Assembly (NCBI RefSeq): GCF_000016745.1
Contig: NC_009483.1
Location: 1,440,001 to 1,472,000, forward strand
DNA: 32,000 nt
Reading direction: 5' to 3'
DNA from: Geotalea uraniireducens Rf4
GTDB taxonomy: Bacteria; Desulfobacterota; Desulfuromonadia; Geobacterales; Geobacteraceae
Shown in pieces: positions 17,153 to 26,001 of the stretch. Under the pieces are notes generated by a model, which did no database searches, was not told the DNA's origin, and worked only from the letters and a program-made list of their open reading frames with translations. Position 1 is the first letter of the stretch; each line of letters opens with the position of its first letter. The translations under genes and the position numbers were made by a program.

Positions 17153-17522
17153 AATTCGCTACACTAAATTCGACAGGTAAGTGTCTCAAAGTCATTGACA
17201 GATTCCGACTTCTCTTAATATTGACTACTCCAGCCGGCCCCCCATCGCCATATTGGTTTATGGTTAGCCCACGGTCAGGATTTCCCAATTCTTCGACAAG
17301 ATGAAGCGCAGAAACAGGAGCTTGTGTTCCCACGCCAAGACGCTTTGTTATGGGGTCGTATTTCAATCCAGGAGCAATAAATGTTCCATCGTCCTGGACG
17401 GTGAAAACTTTGTTTTTACTTGCGTCTTTTACTGAAAACTTGTCACTTCCGGCTATTGCTGGTGATGCAAATAACATTACAAACAGAGCAATTACGATAT
17501 GGTGCATAATCCCCTCCTATAT

Positions 17523-18140
17523 TTATTGTGCAATTGTTGTCCAGGCTAGTCCACGGCTTGTCTTCATACAAACCTGCAAGGTGTCGGTTGCCCCATTAAT
17601 AAACCAGAACGTACCACGTAGAGTATCAACACATGCTGGTTGTGCCGTGGACGGAGCTATTTTGAGACTCCCAACCAGCTCCATGTTGCCGTCATAGTCA
17701 ATTTTTAGAGTCGGTTTAAGGTTAGGAATGGGTTGGCCTTGCGTATTCCCTTTGCTTAGAAAGATGCGATATCCCGCGCCACCAGAACCGACAATTACTG
17801 CTTTGCCATCCGAAGATTTTTGTACCCATCCATGGTTCGCATCATAAGCAGCTCCCGATGACAGGAAGAAATTGTTTTCACCTGCCGAAGTAATGTAACC
17901 ACCGGTATCACTGTCATTGGCTGAGAAATGCATTTGAGAATTCAGCGCCCCGTCATTGTTCGCCACATCAACTGCATATCTGGGCACAACATTGACCCCT
18001 ATAAGCCCTGAATCAGTGGCAGTAAAAGCGTTGCTTGTCTTGGTTGAGTTTTTTACAACAAGTCTATCAGCTGCGGTAACGTGATGTGAATTCAACAACA
18101 GACTGCAGAAAAACACTGTCATAAATATATATATTCTCAT
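17523..18140 (-). CDS. small secreted tail-fibre-like protein, paralogue P2 (intact)
   Basis: Signal peptide MRIYIFMTVFFCSLLLNSHHVTA, then RLVVKNSTKTSNAFTATDSGLIGVN. C-terminal ACVDTLRGTFWFINGATDTLQVCMKTSRGLAW. Start set at ATG 18140 (GGGAG RBS); an alternative ATG is at 18152. Confidence 0.7.
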   Translation of the reverse strand: MRIYIFMTVFFCSLLLNSHHVTAADRLVVKNSTKTSNAFTATDSGLIGVNVVPRYAVDVANNDGALNSQMHFSANDSDTGGYITSAGENNFFLSSGAAYDANHGWVQKSSDGKAVIVGSGGAGYRIFLSKGNTQGQPIPNLKPTLKIDYDGNMELVGSLKIAPSTAQPACVDTLRGTFWFINGATDTLQVCMKTSRGLAWTTIAQ

Positions 18141-18806
18141 GTAAGCTCCCATTGAATATAAATGACTGCACGACGGGGGAATTTGCTCAGAGTGCGCAAA
18201 GTCGTATGCAATAATGAAATAAAAGTCTTAATTACGGACCCAATGTTGCGGTTTTCCAAGAATAGGTCGAAGCGGCTGTTTGTACACAGACTTTCATTAC
18301 GTCTGCTGTCCCAACTAATTCAAACCATATAGTTCCGCGTGAATTCGCGTCACACGCTGGAGCAGTCCCTGTGCTATTAATCCTTACACCGCCATAGACT
18401 TCCAATTTTTGGTTAACTAAATTGCCCCCCGAGTTAATGCCAACGTTGCCGTCACCTTGGATTTTCATACGTATCGGCGCCGAAGACGTCCCTTTGGGAG
18501 TGGTTGAAAAGACGAGTTGAGTCCCATGCGCCGTTGGCGTAAAAGCCTCTTCAGTAATCGCCGTTATTGCAGCGTTGCCTGATGGGCTAAAATTAGTACC
18601 ATCGTGACCACGGAAATTGATATTACCTATCGCTGCCCCCGCTGGGAGAGCAGTGGGGGATGCGGCAGTGCCATTGGCACTTCGCATTGTAAAACGGGCT
18701 TGATCGTTAATACTGGTTGCGGTAAAAATAAGTTGAGTAGTACTCACTCCATTAATTGGCCATTCCCATTGAAGGTCAAATGGATTTATTGGAGATACCC
18801 CAACGC

Positions 18807-20704
18807 CAGCAATTCCCGCTGGCGCAGTAACACCCTGAAAAAATGTATGTTTTCGGAAGTCGCTTCGTAATGATTCTCTCATATTGGAGCATTTCAAGGC
18901 CAATTTGGCAGTGCTTCGGAGTGCTTGCCCACGTAGGCCGCGACGGCCACTCGAGGAGAGGTAACCTATTGATAATATAGATAAATAATAATCTGCCGCA
19001 GTGCTTTTTCGCTTGACAAGCGGCCTGGAAGGCGGCGGCGTTTTTCCTCATTAGCATTTATAAACTACTGAGGAGATCGCCCATGCCCCCGAAACGTATC
19101 TAGCCACCCAAGGTAAAAGCTCCAACCATGAAGACTGTCAAGACTTACCTCAGCAAGGACGCTCAACTGGGCGTGCTTCGATGCTGTCTCGAGCACATCC
19201 CGGACCAACGAGACGGAGCCAAGATTTCTCTGGCGGACGTCTTGATGTCCGGGTATGCGATGTTCGACCTGAAGGACCCCTCGCTACTGGCTTTCGACGA
19301 ACGCCGCTGCCGAGATGCCGCCAATCTTCAGCGGATTTACGGTATCGGCAAGGTCGCTTGCGATACTCAGCTGCGAACCGTGATCGATCCGGTTGATCCG
19401 GCAGGGTTGCGGCCGGGTTTCAAAACCATCGTCGCGACGCTGCAGCGGGGAAAGGCGCTCCAGCAACTGGCCTACTACGAGGGGTACTACCTGCTCAGCC
19501 TGGATGGAACCGGCTCCTTCGGCTCCGAAAACCTCAGTTCGGCCTCCTGTCTGGTCAAGAACAAAAGCAACGGCAAGAAGCTTTATTATCAGCAGGTGCT
19601 TGGTGCCGCCCTGGTCCATCCCGACAGCCGGGTGGTCATCCCCTTGGCGCCGGAGATGATCATTCCCCAAGACGGTGCGACCAAGAACGACTGCGAAAGA
19701 AACGCCTCCAAGAGGTTCCTGCCCAACTTCCGCGAGGATTTCCCGAGACTGCCGGTGATCGTCGTCGAGGACGGCCTAAGCTCAAACGGGCCGCACATAC
19801 GGGATCTGCAGCAACACAACATGCGTTTCATTCTGGGAGCGAAGCCGGGGGATCACCCGCTCCTGTTCGAGAACCTGACGGACGCGATCAAAAAGAAAAC
19901 GGCCACGACATTCGCTCAAATCGACCCGAAGAATCCGCAGATAATGCACTCCTACTGCTTCCTCAACGACACGCCCCTCAACCAAGCCAACCCGGATCTG
20001 AAAGTGAACTTCCTGGTTTACGAGGAGCACAATGCCAAGACCGGAAAGACCCAACGCTTCTCCTGGGTGACCGACTTACCCATTACCGAGGAGAACGCCT
20101 ATATCCTGATGCGGGGGGGCCGCAGTCGCTGGAAGATCGAGAACGAAACCTTCAACACCCTGAAAAATCAGGGATACAATCTGGAGCACAATTACGGTCT
20201 GGGCAAAGAGCACTTGAGCGAAAACTTCGTGATGCTGATGATGCTGGCTTTCCTGGTCGACCAGGCCCAGCAGCTTTGTTCGCCCCTGTTTCAGGCCGCC
20301 CTGGAAAGGGCAGGGAGCAGAAGATCCCTCTGGGAACAGCAGCGAAATCTCTTCAACAGCTTCGAACTGGACTCGATGGCCACGATCTACACCATGATCA
20401 TCAACGGGTTCAGGAAGCCGAGCCCCGATATCATTTATGACGAGTAGCACCCGGCGGTAAGCATCACATCCTGAACTACCGACCACCGCCGGCGCAAGGA
20501 CACCCTTGGATCGAAAGGGAGAAGTGCGCCCGCTGCCTGCCGGAATATCGTTATGGTGCGGTGACATCATGCTCCACATGCATGACGAGGGCATGAAAAG
20601 GCGAAACTAGATTGCAGATTAACTACTTTTTGGTTAGAAAGTCGTCCTCCAGGCAAATTTGACTGTTTTACACGGGATTGGCATTTGTTAACCGGGAATT
20701 GCTG
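18807..20704 (+). mobile_element. IS4-superfamily insertion sequence
   Basis: 12-bp perfect terminal inverted repeats CAGCAATTCCCG (18807-18818) and CGGGAATTGCTG (20693-20704). 9-bp direct repeat CCCCAACGC at 18798-18806 and 20705-20713. Confidence 0.85.
19128..20447 (+). CDS. DDE transposase, IS4-like
   Basis: 439 aa with a C-terminal RSRWKIENETFNTLKNQ block resembling the IS4 Y-R-E-K signature region. A 9-bp target duplication fits this family. Confidence 0.8.
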   Translation: MKTVKTYLSKDAQLGVLRCCLEHIPDQRDGAKISLADVLMSGYAMFDLKDPSLLAFDERRCRDAANLQRIYGIGKVACDTQLRTVIDPVDPAGLRPGFKTIVATLQRGKALQQLAYYEGYYLLSLDGTGSFGSENLSSASCLVKNKSNGKKLYYQQVLGAALVHPDSRVVIPLAPEMIIPQDGATKNDCERNASKRFLPNFREDFPRLPVIVVEDGLSSNGPHIRDLQQHNMRFILGAKPGDHPLLFENLTDAIKKKTATTFAQIDPKNPQIMHSYCFLNDTPLNQANPDLKVNFLVYEEHNAKTGKTQRFSWVTDLPITEENAYILMRGGRSRWKIENETFNTLKNQGYNLEHNYGLGKEHLSENFVMLMMLAFLVDQAQQLCSPLFQAALERAGSRRSLWEQQRNLFNSFELDSMATIYTMIINGFRKPSPDIIYDE

Positions 20705-20968
20705 CCCCAACGCCCACCTTGCCTTGGTCCGACACAGTAAACATGCTTTGGCCATTAGGGGCTTTCACATTAAACCTATTTCCAGCCATTGCCGGGACCG
20801 ACATGCCTGTTATCGCAGCTATGAATAGAACCGCCATATTCATCATCTTCATATCAAGACCTCTTATTTCTATAAACGGTTTGCTTTAGTGTCATAAAAA
20901 TCAAATATCAATCAAGCTTGAACGGTTTTTATTTTGCTCCATGCTTGACTGCTATAAACAAGCAGAAG

Positions 20969-22537
20969 TCACTCTAAAACTACGGAACTTTCAACGTTTA
21001 TATTTCCATCACTAATAATCATATTCCCGTTGATAGTCAAACTTCCGGTTATTGAACTATAGTCACAGGAGTAACCGCCATCCAGGGTCACGGACACATT
21101 GCGGTCCAGGCTCAGGCTCTCCATATGATCGTACATATTTCCCTGAATTGTGTCGCCGTTTGCTGCGGCATTGTAGGCAGCTTGAAGCGAGAGATAGTTG
21201 ACAGGCGTAGCTCCGGCCAGTCGCGCCGGGTAATTGGTGCAGGGCGGCGCAGAAGCGGCTCCAAAGTTAGCTATTATAGTATGGTTGCTCGCAACATTGG
21301 CAAGAGTGTAATAGTATCTTTTCCCAGAAGGCCCCTGCATCGATGACAAAGTCGCAAGATTGACTGCAGCGTTATCAACAAGAAGGCTTGTGAGAGTGCC
21401 TGGCAGATAGGAGTAGCATGTATTTGTTGATGATTCATAGGTGCCATTTGAGCAGGTCGGTGATGCTGTATAGGTGGTTGAGACGTAACAGTTTATGCCT
21501 GAGAGCGTCCCACCGCTAGGGCAAATAGGGGTATTTTGACAGGTGGTGCCTATAAGGGTGCCACCATTGGGGCAGGAATAGATAGTAGTTTGACCATAAA
21601 TACCTGGAGACGGTGCGACATATCCATATAGGGTATACCCGGAGGTGGGAGCACTGGCAACTAGACCCCAGGTATTACCATTGACAGCCGATATCGGTGA
21701 TGTTGTTCCGTTTGCATTGCTGCTTGAAATATATCCGTATAATTTTGAAGCTGCACAATATCCAAAATTTATTCTATATATCGCAACGCCCGTAGAGGCA
21801 TTAATGTTGTTACATGTATGTGAGAAAGAATTGTATACTTCTAGATATACAGGAAGGGTAGCTGTTGCAGTACTGGTTCCTGAGGCATACCCAGCTATTC
21901 CATAGCAGCCATTAGCGGTAGTGCAAATTAAACCAGGGCCGCCTATTAGTGTTCCAAATGTACCTATGTATATAGGCTGGTCGTAAGTTGTTCCTCCAGT
22001 TAGTGTACCGGTCGCCGAGTACTCACATTGGCCGCTTCCCGTATTCAAGGAACCCTGCCCAGCAGAACATGATGCCTGATATGTCGATGTCACTAATTGT
22101 GTGCATTGTGAGCCATTGAGAGTATACCCAGAAGGGCATCCCGGCGGAGTCTTCTCACAGCGGTTATTGGCAGTAACAAACGTGTAGCCGCTTGGGCAGG
22201 TTGATGCCGTTGGTGAAGTACCCTGTTCTATAAAAAAAGTCTGGTTGTTACCTGAAGCAACAGTTATTGTGCCTGATGGAACAATCGAGCCGTATCCTGA
22301 AGCCATCGCATTGATGGTAAGGTTGTTGAGAAGTTGGCCGATGTAGGTACTCTTCACCGTCCGATTGCCGACCTTATCGTAGTCATAACTTATGACGGTC
22401 CCGTCCTCGTATTGCGTCCACTTCAAACGGTCAAATTCATCGTAGCCATGGCGTGAAGATTGGGCTGCAATGGATTTGGAGACCGGCAAAATGGTGAAAA
22501 AAGCCAACGCTGCGAATACCAATATCTTGAACGGCAT
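20969..22537 (-). CDS. secreted Cys-rich protein with an N-terminal YD repeat
   Basis: Start set at ATG 22537 (GGAGG RBS; MPFKILVFAALAFFTILPVSKSIAA signal peptide). YD/RHS-like YDEFDRLKWTQYEDGTVISYDYDKVGNR. Six C-[PS]-[SNA]-G...C hairpin-like motifs. Confidence 0.75.
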   Translation of the reverse strand: MPFKILVFAALAFFTILPVSKSIAAQSSRHGYDEFDRLKWTQYEDGTVISYDYDKVGNRTVKSTYIGQLLNNLTINAMASGYGSIVPSGTITVASGNNQTFFIEQGTSPTASTCPSGYTFVTANNRCEKTPPGCPSGYTLNGSQCTQLVTSTYQASCSAGQGSLNTGSGQCEYSATGTLTGGTTYDQPIYIGTFGTLIGGPGLICTTANGCYGIAGYASGTSTATATLPVYLEVYNSFSHTCNNINASTGVAIYRINFGYCAASKLYGYISSSNANGTTSPISAVNGNTWGLVASAPTSGYTLYGYVAPSPGIYGQTTIYSCPNGGTLIGTTCQNTPICPSGGTLSGINCYVSTTYTASPTCSNGTYESSTNTCYSYLPGTLTSLLVDNAAVNLATLSSMQGPSGKRYYYTLANVASNHTIIANFGAASAPPCTNYPARLAGATPVNYLSLQAAYNAAANGDTIQGNMYDHMESLSLDRNVSVTLDGGYSCDYSSITGSLTINGNMIISDGNINVESSVVLE

Positions 22538-22588
22538 ATTATAACCCTCCGTGATTAAATGCATAAAAGGTCACCTCTTCAACTATCT

Positions 22589-22915
22589 TCAATCCTTTTT
22601 CTCTTTCTGTTTTTTCTTACGTTCGCGCAATTCCGCCACGGCTTCTTGCCCTTTAGTTGTTGCATAGTATCTGACAGCGCCAAAAACGGTAAGCGCAATG
22701 GTGACACCTATTTTCTCTGACACCGTAACACCAGGCATAAGCAAAATAGGTAATATTACGGTAGGAAACATAAATATCCCAATAATTATGGAATAATGCT
22801 TCCAATTAAGATTATCAGCGCCAACTTTCCTTCCATAAAAATATATAGTAATTCCTATACCGAATACTCCTGCTAAACCGCCGTAAAACAGCCAGTCACC
22901 GTATAAATTGCTCAT
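22589..22915 (-). CDS. small 3-TM membrane protein, candidate immunity protein for the Rhs toxin domain
   Basis: 108 aa with three hydrophobic helices and a Lys-rich tail (RERKKKQKEKKD). AGGTGA RBS. It starts 50 nt after the rhs stop, in an AT-rich cassette. Confidence 0.55.
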   Translation of the reverse strand: MSNLYGDWLFYGGLAGVFGIGITIYFYGRKVGADNLNWKHYSIIIGIFMFPTVILPILLMPGVTVSEKIGVTIALTVFGAVRYYATTKGQEAVAELRERKKKQKEKKD

Positions 22916-22968
22916 ATTGTCACCTTAATTTTCAATAGTCACACTTTCTGAGAGTATAATAACTGTCA

Positions 22969-23649
22969 CCACCAATCACCTCCAGCATCACCATCATCTC
23001 CACCATCATCATCAGACCCACCGCCCGAAGAACCTGAATTACCAGTCGTTGAACCAGAATTATCGGATGTAGAGCCAGTATTACCAGAAGTCGAATTATT
23101 GCCAGGTGTGTAGTTTTGATACCAACTGTTGAAATCATAAGTCGGTAAAGTATAAGTAGGAATTGAAGGTAAATCGGGCATAGGCGATTGAGATAACAGA
23201 TAAGACAAACTACCATCAATTTGACCAGAACCCAAAAGGGATTGGTCGAATGCATTACCTTTAGCAGTCGATGAAGAATGTTCACCATAAGTCTCAAAAA
23301 CATCTTTTGTAAATAAAGGAACTCCAGCGGCGCGAGTCATTGTAGCGATTGACCTGTCCGCAACTTCTGCAGTTTCAACAACTGTTTCAATGTTTCTTCC
23401 TATCTTTGCCGCAGCTGCAGCGCTTCCAACACTAAGAAGATTGAGTGATTCCAGCCCCATAGTTGCTTTGTAATCAAAGTCCGACATAGTTCCAGTTTTG
23501 TGCTCATAATACGCATTCCCCATTGATAATAAAGACAAGCCAATTCCAGTACCTTTAACAATGGCACCACCAACGCCGGTCGGAGCTGCATAAACTGCCG
23601 CTGTATTAACAACAGTGCTACAGAACCCCAATGCGCAAGACCTGGGCGA
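22969..23649 (-). other. Rhs C-terminal (post-DPSGH) toxin domain, family unassigned
   Basis: 227 aa after the core motif. It has Gly/Ala-rich hydrophobic stretches (AAVYAAPTGVGGAIVKGTGIGLSLLSMG; LLSVGSAAAAAKIG). An S/T/N/G low-complexity region follows. The tail is acidic (GGGSDDDGGDDGDAGGDWW). Confidence 0.6.
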
Positions 23650-24975
23650 ATGGCCGCTAGGGTCTCTGTATTTGACCGGATTATTCAGCGCATAAGCATA
23701 CCTGTTCAGACTCTGCGGGTTCCCCGGACTAGGCACGATACTATCGGGAGAAATAAACCGCCCAATATCGGGGTCATAAAGTCTTGCACCGTAGTTATAG
23801 AGTCCTGTTTCATAATCCAGCTCCTGGGCGGTGTACTTATGAGTCATGCCACCTATTGGCTTGCTGTCCAGCCTTGTTTCGCCGTAAGGGTAGTAGTAGA
23901 TGTCCTCCACCTTGTTGCCGTAGTCATCGGTCGTAATCGCCGTACTTCCAAGGTGGTCAGGGTGGTAATATATGGTCGAACCCTGGAAGTTCCTCGCAAT
24001 TCTGGTATTTCCGGCAAAGATGTAATTGCCGCAGTTACCATTGATGCATTCGTACAATTTACCGATGTACATCCTTGTATTCGAGTTTAACTTTTTCACC
24101 CTTTTTCCGTTGCCGTCATAAATGAACGTCGTTGTGACACCGTTCATGGTAGCAGTTTTCGGCAAGTTGTCCGGGGTATACGTTACCGTCCTCTGGCCGT
24201 CGGATGTCATATTGCCGTTGTCGTCGTACTGGTAGACCCTACCGGGTGCGGTCGAGGCGGTCTGAACGGCATGGGCACGGGTCGGATCAAGGGTATAGCC
24301 GACCGAGCCATAAGTAAGGTTATGCGGGATGGAGGGATTGACAAGGTCATTCAGGTCAATCATATTCCCCTTGCTGTCATAGTTGTAGGTGCGGTAAAGC
24401 AGACTATTCTGCAGCTGATCGGCCTTCATGGCAAAAAGGCGGTAATTTTGCGGATAGTACCAGTAACTGGTGACGATGCCGTTGCCATAGTAGAGTTTGC
24501 CTGGCTGGCCGAGGGCGTTGTACTCGTCGTATTCCGCATAGCCGCTGATGTCGAACAGGTTGCCAGCCGCGTCGTAATGGTAATCAACGGATTCGCCATC
24601 CGGGTAAGTGATGTTGTTCAACCTTCCCATGCCGTCATAGGATTTCACAATGGTATAGTCGACGTTGTCTACCGTTTTGACGGTTCTTGTCACCCTGCCG
24701 GAGAGGTCATAATTGTAGGTGGTCTTCCCGGAACCGTCTGTCATGGAGGTAAGCCTGCCAAACGGATTGATTGAGGTCGTTTCGTCGTAAGTAAAGACTA
24801 CGTCTGTTTCACCCGAATCTGCCGGGTAATGTTTGTGCGTTGGCCGGTTCAAAGCATCGATGTCGAAGGTGATGAGCTGGCCATTTACCTTGTGATTGGC
24901 ATCTTTGACCCAAAGCAGGCTGCCATCGGGATAATAGCGGCGGGTGTCAAGGTAGTTGTCGCCTCTGTTGAATTT

Positions 24976-26001
24976 TTATGCGGCGTCAAGAAGTTCGACT
25001 TCCGCCGTTGGTTCAGGGTTAAGATAAACTGTTTCCACTGGCTCCCAGTTTCGGATGTTTTTTGACCAGCGGTTTGGGTTTTGTTGCCGGGCCTTCTCGT
25101 ATATCTCCCGGCGGTTTAACAGGATGGCTTTCTCCCGGCCGAAGTGGCGATCGTCCGGGGTGACGAAGCGAATGCCGCTGTGCAGATGCTCCGTGTTATA
25201 CCAAGCGACGAAACCATCAACCCAAGTCTGGGCCGCTGCCAGACTTGAAAAAGGCCGACTCGGATAACCAGGTCTATATTTCATGGTTCGGAACAGCGCT
25301 TCTGAGAAAGGGTTGTCGTCACTGACCTGTGGCCTGCTGAAGGAAGGAATTACGCCCAGGCGCTGGAGAGTAGCCAGCATGGTCGCCCCTTTCATCGGGC
25401 CGCCGTTGTCGGAGTGAAGAATCAGGCCTTCCGGATTGATGCCGAGCCTGATACAGGCTTTCAGAAACAGCCTGGCGCTATAGTCATTGGATTCTTTTAA
25501 AAACACCGTGGACGCTACGATCTTGCGGCTCCAGACATCCATGATCATGTAGAGATAAAAGAACTGCCCAAGAATCGGGCTCTTCAAGTAGGTGATGTCC
25601 CATGACCAGACCTGGCAAGGACCGGTAGCCACATGTTCTTTTGGCTTGCGGCTGGTGGCGGGCCGGGAGGGTTCCCGGTGAGTCATCAGCCCATCGTCTT
25701 TGAGCACCCGGTAGAAACTCGATTCCGACGCCACGTATATTCCCTGATCGGCCAATTGCGGCACGATCTGTTTCGGCGAAATATCCCGAAACGCCGGGGA
25801 GTTTGCAATATCGATGATGTTCTGCCGCTCCGACGGAGCCAGCTTGTTCGCCGGTTCTGCGACTGGCCCATGTCGCCGATCTGCTCCGTCATCCTGGAGA
25901 TTCCAACGCTGGAACGTGCGAATGCTCAGCCCGATGGCGACAACGGCCGATTCAAGTCTCGCTCCGGAATGGGTTGCCTCTTCAATAAGTTGCCCGATCA
26001 T
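24976..26001 (-). CDS. IS3 transposase OrfB (rve/DDE core)
   Basis: WSWDITYL...LYMIMDVWSR...HSDNGG...NPFSEALFRTMKY. The -1 frame is open from the A-run to its ATG. Confidence 0.9.
   Translation of the reverse strand: MIGQLIEEATHSGARLESAVVAIGLSIRTFQRWNLQDDGADRRHGPVAEPANKLAPSERQNIIDIANSPAFRDISPKQIVPQLADQGIYVASESSFYRVLKDDGLMTHREPSRPATSRKPKEHVATGPCQVWSWDITYLKSPILGQFFYLYMIMDVWSRKIVASTVFLKESNDYSARLFLKACIRLGINPEGLILHSDNGGPMKGATMLATLQRLGVIPSFSRPQVSDDNPFSEALFRTMKYRPGYPSRPFSSLAAAQTWVDGFVAWYNTEHLHSGIRFVTPDDRHFGREKAILLNRREIYEKARQQNPNRWSKNIRNWEPVETVYLNPEPTAEVELLDAA

Larger units (their letters stand above)
15596..17188 (+). mobile_element. IS3-family insertion sequence (copy 1)
   Basis: 14-bp perfect terminal inverted repeats TGAGACACTTACCT/AGGTAAGTGTCTCA (TG...CA ends). 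3-bp direct repeat AAG at 15593-15595 and 17189-17191. orfA and orfB are in a -1 arrangement. Confidence 0.9.
15145..17507 (-). pseudogene. small secreted tail-fibre-like protein, paralogue P1, disrupted by IS3
   Basis: N-terminal part (17507-17189) has a signal peptide and KFSVKDASKNKVFTVQDDG...LGVGTQAP. C-terminal part (15595-15145) ends with the family module C-x5-G-x-IAWD...VYVC...W. GGAGG RBS. Confidence 0.6.
18232..20852 (-). pseudogene. small secreted tail-fibre-like protein, paralogue P3, disrupted by an IS4-family element
   Basis: The N-terminal 148 nt (20852-20705) encode MKMMNMAVLFIAAITGMSVPAMAGNRFNVKAPNGQSMFTVSDQGKVGVG. The C-terminal part is 18806-18232. Removing the IS plus one 9-bp repeat gives a continuous 240-codon ORF. 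Confidence 0.8.

Noticed and set aside
18807-18903. N-terminus of ORF 18232-18903 (MALKCSNMRESLRSDF...) as a genuine start
   Set aside because: These codons lie inside the left end of the IS4-like element. The native N-terminus of the gene is the fragment at 20705-20852.
20076-20594. 172-aa minus-strand ORF and other ORFs antisense to the IS4 transposase
   Set aside because: They overlap the transposase gene on the opposite strand and have no motifs.
22932-23303. 123-aa ORF overlapping the rhs C-terminal domain
   Set aside because: It is on the same strand but in a different frame from the continuous rhs reading frame. It is Leu/Ile/Val-rich as expected for an AT-rich alternative frame, and there is no RBS.
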